A stretch of 64,000 nucleotides of DNA from Auanema rhodensis (taxonomy: Eukaryota > Animalia > Nematoda), in assembly GCA_964057225.1 (NCBI GenBank), contig OZ059898.1:12710001-12774000 (forward strand), read 5' to 3'. A model generated the notes under the pieces. The model saw nothing but the letters and a program-made list of their open reading frames with translations. It had not been told where the DNA came from and did no database searches. The position numbers and the translations under genes were made by a program. Below, one piece after another: positions 55,358-64,000 of this stretch; positions within the stretch are counted from its first letter, which is position 1, and every line of letters starts with the position of its first letter.

Positions 55358-56230
55358 CTAGCCGCACGCGACGCAACACGCGAACGCGTTGTGCGTCGTT
55401 TTCCATCCGTGATCATTTCCCTTATATTTGCTAATAAATCATAAATCATCATTTCACTTATATTCGCTATTAAATCTCTCTGTTTAAAGAAAAATGTAAA
55501 AAGGTAACGTGGATATGTTGGAGAAGACTCTACTCACGGCTTCCGAAAAATGAGTACAATTACGTCATACGCTATCTCAGAAGTGAATGACATAATTGTG
55601 CTCAAGATTATTGCCGGGGAATTCCCGTTCTATTCGAAAGGATTGGATTCTCTGTATTGAGGCCAGCACTATTTGCAGTTGGGCATCAGCCCGAACAGAA
55701 TGCCAACCTGGAAAGAGGGAGTCATATCTGACAGATGCGGTATGTCTAAATTCTTAACTTTATTGTTAATTATTTGATATGATTGGGTACTATATTGGAA
55801 CGTCGGGCGATTCGGGCAGTGGAATTTTTAATTCGTCCGGATATTTTCTCGGAGTGTCGGTCAGAAAGAAGAATATGTTCGTCATCAACGATTCTTCCAA
55901 CATGCCACTAGCAGAAGTGGCGGACCACCGCCCTGATAGTATAATAATCACCTCCGATATGATTATGGCAATTGCTGGAATTGGCGGACCAGGGTAAGCG
56001 AGCAGCTTCCCTCATAAATTCTACAGTTTTGCGATTTTGTTTCAATTGAATTTTTCTGTATTCGGTAAACAACAAAAAAATGATATGGATTCACTGCTTG
56101 ACGAATATTGAACAGGTGGAAGATATCGTTGATTACGATTCAAATATCTTTTATTGTATCAGGCAAAATGTCACTCATGAAGATTCCACGGAAATCTTTG
56201 ATTCTTAGCTTTTCTACAAAATTCATAGGA
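55358..56230 (-). mobile_element. Putative non-autonomous Helitron nested in the TIR element (873 bp)
   Basis: On the minus strand, the 5' end A|TCCTATG sits exactly at the inner edge of the right TIR. The 3' end has a GC-rich hairpin (CGACGCACAACGCGTTCGCGTGTTGCGTCG, 55369-55398), a 7-nt spacer, then CTAG|T. An internal 29-bp duplication lies at 55412-55440 / 55448-55476. The 3' end is well supported; the 5' end is inferred. Confidence 0.62.
55565..55997 (+). pseudogene. Decayed trypsin/chymotrypsin-like serine protease fragment (transposon cargo)
   Basis: SYAISEVNDIIVLKIIAGEFPFYSKGLDSLY*GQHYLQLGISPNRMPTWKEGVISDRC (in-frame TGA at 55658), then a GTATGT intron donor at 55740 with no intact AG acceptor, then GYYIGTSGDSGSGIFNSSGYFLGVSVRKK. 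DIIVLK resembles the catalytic-Asp strand and GDSGSG the catalytic-Ser motif. No clear catalytic-His exon. Confidence 0.7.
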
Positions 56231-56502
56231 TCTAGATTAGTGGTTTCAGATTTTTATTTAACTTGCTTATTTATTAGGATTAATTTATTCGAAAATGTGA
56301 AAAAGCTTGGATTTGGGAAAAGGGGCTACTGGGCAAAATGGTCTAAGAACTAGACAGTCCAAATTTACCATTTTTTCAGAAATGACCAATTTTCGATAAG
56401 TTAAGACAGATTTTTGATGTTTTTGTGCATTAAAATAGCTAAAAAGTGCAAAAATAGAGAATGGGCAAAATGACCGTCCAGCGACAACTGTTCACATACT
56501 AC
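56231..56502 (-). repeat. Right terminal inverted repeat
   Basis: Reverse complement of 54971-55248. Confidence 0.92.
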
Positions 56503-59500
56503 TATGATGTTGATTCTGATAATAATCATAAGAAGGTGGAGAGAAACGGAAAACAGTCATATTCGTTGTGGAACATGTCGTGCCGAGAATGTGACATCGT
56601 TCACGCAATAGTTGAGAGAAAGTTGTTCAAATATCGCTGAAGAAACAATAGAAAAGAATAAAAAAATTAGAAAATCTGCAAAGTACACTGACACGTGAAC
56701 TCATGCTGGAAAGGTCACGTGAAAACGTGGACATTGTTTCAGGACATTGTATATAGAGGGAAGAAGGGGAAGTGTGTTCAGTCGGCTGTCAATTGGCTGG
56801 AGGCGGTCCGAAACTTGGTGGTCGTCAATGAACCGTCAAAGGCATTGGGATGGTGTTGGTAGTGGGAGTAGAGTACAAGGAGACATCAGAGGTTGCAGAT
56901 GGATGGACAAGGCTCGATGGACAAAGAGAACGATTGAGATGTTAGAGTTCTGGAATACATGATGGAACAAATAAAATGCAGAGAGATATATAAAGAGAGA
57001 AAGAGGGATATAACATACTTTTTACATGAAAAGAGAGCTCGAAAGAGAGAGAGGGAAAATGAGAGGGAATGATTGAGAATTAAGAGAAAAGAGAGCAAAA
57101 TGATGGTAGTGCCGCCAGTCAGACATCTCTCTTCACGTGAAATGTTATTTCGTTGTTTAGTGTCTGGTTTCTCTACACGTGAACCACTATCTCTAACACG
57201 TATATGGCGTAGTAGCGATCGTTGTGTGCTGGGTGGTTCGGCGGAAGGGGGCTGACTGGTGTAGACGTCGACGACTAGCCATATGGATGGGATGAATGTG
57301 GAGGAAGAGTAAAAAGAATGAAATCGTCTATAGAGAGACGTGGAGAGACAGAGAAAAAGAAAAAATAAGAGAGGGACATAAGTATAAAGAAGATGGTAAT
57401 AGGGCACAAGGCTCAATGACGATCTGGATGACAAGCAGTGTCGGGCTTTTCCAGTCAAAAGCGGAAACGTTCACACATGAAAAAAAGCATAAAAGAGAAC
57501 TCACGTGGACAAAAGCTCCAAGAAATGTCTTATGAACATGACCGACATGAAGAAAGAGAATTGAAAAAGATATAGATAATATCAGTAGAACATGTAATAT
57601 ATTAAACATGCATAGGGGTTCAATTTAAAGAAAAAGCTCGACTAAAATGAGAAAAAATAGAAAATTTGCATAAAGAAAGAGTTGGAGCATCGAGAAAAAC
57701 AGAATAAGATCAGAAATAATCTAGTCGAAGTAGTTTCATAGCGAAACTGACATGAGAAGAGATAACCGTGTGTAAGCGTTTGTAATCTCAAAAATAGAGT
57801 TACGAGCTTCACGTGAAAAACGCCAATCCTCACGTACGCAAAAAAGAAATATAAAGATGTACATGATTATAATGATTTTGAGTACACGAGTAAGCTGAAA
57901 TATATAAAAACTCTGTATATTATAGATAATATAGGTGATAATTTGAAAAACAAGAGGAAAAACGAACGAGAGAGAGAGGTGGTGAGAACTAAAAATGAAC
58001 ACGAGGATATGAGATACAAGAAAGAGAATTAGAGAAAAAGAAAATGATGAGAGGTTAGGAAAGTAATGATTCAGTGCAACTATGAGCGGGATAGACCAAC
58101 GACGAACAACGAAATCGTAAACGTGTTAAATACCAGACCGACAACGAATAAGGAAAACGACGTCAACGCACCTAATACTAGGACCAGCAGCGGTTTCAAA
58201 TCTATGTGAAACATTGGCTGATATGAGTTTGTAATCTAGGTGTAAATTTTATGAATGGTTACCGAGTGTTTGCTAATAACTTGACAGTTTAGAAGAAAGA
58301 AAAAGATAAAACCAGGTAAATGAGTCAAAGTCAGTAAAAGCAAAGAAATGCTTAAAACAGATTTGAGACGATGATTAGAGTTAGTGAGATGATATGGAAC
58401 ATGATGAAAGAGATGGACTACCTTGAAAGTTTAACTTTCAAACTTTTGAATTAAACGCCATGTGTCAAAGTAAAACAAAGCTAATAGTCATCTGTAACGA
58501 CGAAGTAATAATAGACTAGTCGTCAGCTAATAATTCCCCATGTCTGTATGTATCTCATATGTGTGAAAGTATAATTGAGAACATCCTAGATAGAGAACTA
58601 ATATATACATACATGCATACATAGATACATACATACCAGCCCTCCGGCAATATCTTTTTTCTTTCACTATGCGTTGTTGCAAGGGCCGTCTGTGATATGT
58701 CCTTAGGTTGTGGCGTGAGATAGCTGGCCAAACATCGCGCAGCAGCGCCTAACGACTTCACGTGGATCAGCTGCCCAGTCGCCCCTGCAGTCGTCAGTCG
58801 GTAGATTCTCCCTCGTTTACATTCTCTCTTATCTCTTCAACTCACTCCGTCTCTTTCTCGTACCCAGCCCGTTCTATCGCTTTCTTTCTTTACATGCAAA
58901 CATCAAAATGTAGCTCTTGATGTCATTGCATTGGCGTATTTCCTAGGTTGAAATCAGAATCAAGCCTTTCCACCACACCCATCATATATATTCCTTGAAA
59001 TTTGGGAACCAGGGGTGACACAATTGCAAGAAGCTTATGAATTTTAGCACATGCACCAAGAACATTCACAAAAAAGACGAATTTAGTTTGATATAGTTGG
59101 CTGAAATCAAGCTAATTAGCTTCCCAAAGCTCTGACTCTTAGCTATCAATTGAGAGAACGAAGAAGATTACCATCACATGCACATATATAGCATCATCGT
59201 GTTAACAACATGTTGAAATGAGCCATTTCATTAAGGCTGTTGCCACTACTGGTAGCGTTAGTTGAATCAAGAGGGAGGAAGAGAAGACACATTAAGTCAA
59301 ACGACAATGATGTCTTGTAGTACACAATATGATTGAGATAGTGATAATCATAATAGAATATGTGAGAGAATATGAATGAAGATTTTTGGAAAATCAATCT
59401 AAATATGAGTAGAAACGTGAGAAATACAGATAGCAAGATATAAAGATTGATAGATTGAGAGAGAGAGAGCGAAAAAGAGAAAGAGACGAGAGGGCAGAAG

Positions 59501-61880
59501 TTAAACACACGTCGAACTTACCAGTATTGAATCTGAACGTCAAAAATTCAAGATCAAAAAGGTAAAATAAGCCTAACATATACATTGATTTGATGAAAAA
59601 AAATTTCAAAAATCGAGATGATTTAAAAATAAATTAATCATTTACGATTGGATGATGAATGCATGTTGAGAGTCACGGATCGCTCGGTTATTCGGAAAAC
59701 AAGAAGGTTGAGATTTCAGGTGAAGGAAGGGTTTAAGTGGGAATTAAGAAGAAGTCTTTGCTAAACTAAGGATGCTGAGAGTAGAAGACTACGTTGCTGG
59801 AGACAAAGTGAGCGCCTGCCTGCTCGATTATCACGTGCGTGAACAGTTGAAGGACATTGCTCACGACATGATGAGGGGGCACACGCGCAGCTTTGAAGAC
59901 GAATAGCTGATTGCAAAGTGTGAAAAAGCAGAGAGGAAAAGGAATTAAATCATAATGAAAATCGATTTAACTGGAGGCTTTTAAACTTTATCCAAGGTTA
60001 ATCACACATAATCAGAAGAAAATTTGTACAAGAATTTGCAAACAAATAATTCGATTGGAATTCCAAACATATGGGAAATTTGAAATTATAAATGGGGATA
60101 ACTCACTTTTCTCCAGAAGAATAAGAGAGCGTTGACCAACTTATTGATGTTGCGGGAGGTTTTCAGGTTAAGAATCTAGCACTTTGAGAAAAATTGATTC
60201 AAATAAGGAACTGTTGTTCATTTACAATGAAACATGATGATGTGATAAACGCATCTGATTGAGCTGAATCTACTGACTAGAAAGATCTGAGAGGGGAAAT
60301 AAGCTTCGTGATCATAGAAAGGACAAAGATTCATGCATCAGGAGTCAACGAGCAACGGATGATATACTGCTTGCCTTTAAAATCGTCCTTGTCGTCGACG
60401 CCGTCGTTGTCATCATCACAGCATCATCGTCTTTCTCTTGATGTGTTGCTGTAACTGCCAACTATCTTGGTGGCTGTTGCTGCTCGCACGCACTCTCAGA
60501 ATCATCATCGTTGACGTTCTCAGTGAGGAAGCGCCAAAAATTTTTATTGGGCACTGGGCGAACCAAATTCAATTACCCGTTCAGAAGGCTCTTTTTGTTC
60601 TCGTCGATGTTGCATTCGCACCCGGAACAATTACTTGAAACGTTGTTCCTTTTTCTTTTTTTCTCATTTCTCCCGTCATTGTCATCATCGACTTGTTGGT
60701 CTAATAGATAGTTAAATATATTGCAAAGAGAAGATTTAACTATATGCGCATCGTTAGTGGTATAAATGCTAGTAATGACAATGATTCAGGAACTTATTTC
60801 ACAAAAAACAGAGAAAGAGAGAGAGAAAGAGTATAATCACAGCAGAAGAGTTGCCTAGAACATGGATATACGTGCAATTCAGTCATATTTCATTTTGGAA
60901 CCTTTCTTTTCAATGTATGTGTGTTCAGACTCAGTTCACCCCATCGAACTAATATTTCTGGTAATGAAGCAGGCAAGTCAGTTAGCCTTCTAGCTAGCCA
61001 GAAAACGAGATAGCTGGTTAGTCACATTGTGGATAGATAGGGCTTAAGTATGGAAGGCATAGCGTACGAAGCAGGTGTCAGATTAGCATTTTCATTTAAA
61101 ATTCAAATGTAAAAGAAGGTATCAAATGGCCACTTTATTCAACAATTGACAAACTACTGTCTGTAGAGTTTTGAGTTAAAGAACATATAATGATGATCAT
61201 CATCATCATCATCATAGTTTATAAATTTCATTTCAATGATAAAGATAACGATTTCAATTCAAGCCGTTCATCATCATTATGACAACTTCATTGTCTGTAT
61301 TGAAGTCTTCCATGTGCTCTTCTTATCCTTTCGATTCAATTTCAAACGATAAAAGACGGGCCAAGAGATTAGAGGCTATATGACCTATCGTGATCATCTC
61401 ATGAAATTCTTGATTACAAGCAGATATTTCAAGATATCTTATCATATTCACTTGCGTATGTGTGTGACTTTATAGCTCATAGTGATCTTTCATCGTTATA
61501 ATCATCACTTTGTCACATAATTCATTCAACTTTTCTTCCTATCTCCCTCATTTTCTCACTATTTTCCCTCTTTCTTTATCTTTACTCTATTTTTGAAAAA
61601 TAACATTTACCTCAACATGAACTTTATCAAGCTGACAGTAATAGTTTCCATTTTTCAATTTGAAATATTGAAAATGAAAAATATTTATATGTCAATGAGA
61701 ATAGAAAAAGACAAAACGATCAGAATGACATTCATTCTTTGCAAACTCTATATCATCGATGGATGTGTGAGATGTGAAAAAGGCAATTTGAATGACTTGA
61801 AATGTATGGAAAATCTCATAACTTTTTCAAAGCAAAGCTTTTCAAAATCGTTCTGCCGAAATAGATATGTGTTTCATCTT

Positions 61881-61941
<61 letters not shown>
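61881..61941. repeat. (CT)n microsatellite
   Basis: About 30 CT units with one interruption. It produces the ERERER/SLSLSL ORFs. Confidence 0.9.
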
Positions 61942-61944
<3 letters not shown>

Positions 61945-62240
61945 ACTAAAAAAAGCTTTACCAAACATTCTATGTTGGGACCAACGTATATCGTATTCGA
62001 AAAAGTAAAGAACAAAAAACGAAAGAAAACTAGAGATTGATAGTGATATAGAGAGAACGAGAGTATATGTATGAAAAAAATAGAGATATAGAGAGAGTGA
62101 GAAATCGAGAGAGAGAGAAAGAGAGAGAGAGATAGAGAAAGAGTGAGATAGAGAGAGGGAATGGGAAGGGAGGGCAACCGAATAGCACATCGTTGAAACA
62201 AAAAAAAATAAAACAGTAATCATTTCATAGCAGGGATGTT

Positions 62241-62299
62241 GACGTGGAATATACGTGGAACTTCACGTGGAAGTTCATGTGAAGTTTCACGTGGAACAC
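62241..62299 (+). repeat. Five-unit ~12-bp tandem array of (C)ACGTGGAA-like motifs
   Basis: GACGTGGAATAT-ACGTGGAACTT-CACGTGGAAGTT-CATGTGAAGTTT-CACGTGGAACAC. Confidence 0.7.
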
Positions 62300-63874
62300 A
62301 ATGCACGGATGTAATAGTAATATGCTAATAACTTGAAATGACAGAAAATAAATAAAGAAGAGATGTACATGAATGGAAAGAAAATCAAGTAAACCCATAA
62401 TTAAACAGATGATACAATAATGAATGATATCAATATTTAAAATATTATAGAATAATTTTTAAAAATAGACATATAGTGATGTCAAAAAAACACGTTCTTG
62501 CTATTTTAGCTCATGAGTAAGTGAGATAGATCGTTTAAAATAGAATTGAAAGCAAAGTATAAGAGCGATGAGCAGTATAGTGTTGATGCTAAAAATAAAA
62601 AAAAATTGTATTCTCACATACAATCGGTGAGAATTCCGATAAAAGGGGAAAATACGTGACAATGACGTTCACATCAAAGCTTCAACGTGTCATTTAAAAC
62701 TCTCGCTTTGTATTGACAAGACTTTTGTGCATATGTATGAGCTTGTGTATGTGATAGCTTATACCGTTTTCACGTGTTTCACTCTATTTCTCAATCTTTG
62801 TATCTATTAAATAGACAAAACAGGTGCAAGCAAAATAGATAAAGAGCATGATGGAGAGAAGAAAAGGGAGAAAAATGTGAGAAAACCAACAAGCCACAGA
62901 AGAGATAAACTGAATGCGGAAGAAAATATAAAAATAGTCAGATTGATGATAAAGCAAGTGTGTGACAACGTCGTCTGATGGTGACCACATCAAGACGTCG
63001 CGTGGTGCCCATAAAGCAGGACAATCATTGCGGGAAATGCGAGCGCCACACGCCACGACGACAACGATGTCTTCGTTGCCTTCGTTGCAGCACCAACAGC
63101 AGTAGCCTTCACGACATTACCATCATAGACGGACAGATGGATGAGCTGTATCATCGATGTTAGAATGTTCATAGAGAGTATGTCAAAAGGAGAGAATATA
63201 AGAAAAACCAAGAGGTTCAATAAGAGAAAATAAGAGATGGTTCAAAGAAATGAATAAAACTGAAAGGGAAAGCAATGGGACGAGCGTGGTCATGATTTTG
63301 ACCTCAACGTGCGACATTGCTCACAAAGTCCTTATTTCAATATAATAATTTGGGATCATAGCGACCAAAATACATGGTATATCATACTTTTTTTTCGAAT
63401 TTCTCTCTCAAATTTCAACAAAAATCTGTAAATAACCTTTCGACAAAACAAGAAATGAAGGGCACTCGGATGAGGGCATACAAGCAGTAAGTTCAGTCAT
63501 GTTGAGCAGGAAGCATCGAAGGATGAGCTTCACGTTGTCATTACGTGGTTAATCAAATCCTCTAACAACGGCTCACTCATCTTCCTATGTCTCTTCAACT
63601 CATGGTAAAGTGTAACTAGCAAGTGAAAAAGGAAGAAGAAGATACTGCTAAATGGTAGATGGATAGGCTCCTCTATTAAGAAAGCTGGCTTGCAACTGCA
63701 GGGAACACACATCCAAATAGGATTTTAGAATATTAGCTCAGCAAATCCCATGTTTTTCTAATCAGAATTGTTTCATTATTAATAATAACTTCCTTCAATA
63801 GTTTCTCTCAAAATATACATGTAAGATTGGCAAGAAAGAAATCAAATCAAATTGGTTTATCATATTTTCTTCTA

Positions 63875-63878
<4 letters not shown>

Positions 63879-63905
<27 letters not shown>
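63879..63905. repeat. (CT)n microsatellite
   Basis: Perfect CT run. Confidence 0.85.
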
Positions 63906-63908
<3 letters not shown>

Positions 63909-64000
63909 CACGCATTGTTTCTTACTATGCTCTAGAGGTTTTATAAAGTTCTCGTCACATCAATACCTACAATTCATCGAAATCGATTAGTCAACATGAG

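Larger units (their letters stand above)
54971..56502. mobile_element. Non-autonomous TIR DNA transposon (MITE-like), ~275-bp TIRs, TA-flanked
   Basis: Left TIR 54971-55248 (GTAGTATGTGAAAAGTTGTCGCTGGACGG...CCACTAACAAATCTAGAT) is the reverse complement of right TIR 56231-56502, with about 4 substitutions and 2 small indels seen by eye. TA flanks both ends (54969-70, 56503-04). No transposase ORF. Confidence 0.92.

Noticed and set aside
54960-56515. MULE classification of the TIR element
   Set aside because: No 8-11 bp target-site duplication in the flanks; only TA is shared.
60234-60290. C/D-box-like ATGATGA…CTGA
   Set aside because: Short, no terminal stem, no recognisable rRNA guide, and ATGATGA is common in the local (ATG)n-rich sequence.
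1-64000. CRISPR arrays, rRNA, SL/snRNA genes, known miRNAs, piRNA Ruby-motif clusters
   Set aside because: None recognised by eye. The DNA is eukaryotic and has no repeat-spacer structure; an Rfam/miRBase scan would be needed to exclude divergent RNAs.

Overview
AT-rich eukaryotic genomic DNA, most likely from a rhabditid nematode (many ~45-55 nt introns, TTTCAG-type acceptors, candidate trans-splice acceptors just upstream of start codons, long GA/CT microsatellites). Most entries in the ORF track are microsatellite or low-complexity noise. Splicing by hand gives four protein-coding genes: (1) an 8-exon glycine-N-acyltransferase-like GNAT enzyme (-, 13230-16442) that the ORF track misses; (2) a 4-exon, 117-aa single-pass membrane microprotein (+, 28879-29605); (3) an hnRNP U-like SAP-SPRY-P-loop protein (-, 30200-37075); (4) a GMEB-like SAND/KDWK transcription factor (-, 37701-40564). 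There is also a tRNA-Thr(AGT) gene. The most unusual element is nested, at 54971-56502: a young TA-flanked element with ~275-bp terminal inverted repeats contains an apparent Helitron (A|TC ... hairpin-CTAG|T), which in turn carries a decayed trypsin-like serine protease fragment resembling the mobile nematode 'wosp' cargo proteases. Separately, the ~23 kb apparently gene-free region upstream of the SAND gene is strongly enriched in CACGTG and tandem ACGT sites, the kind of paired site that GMEB-family SAND proteins bind, which suggests possible autoregulation.
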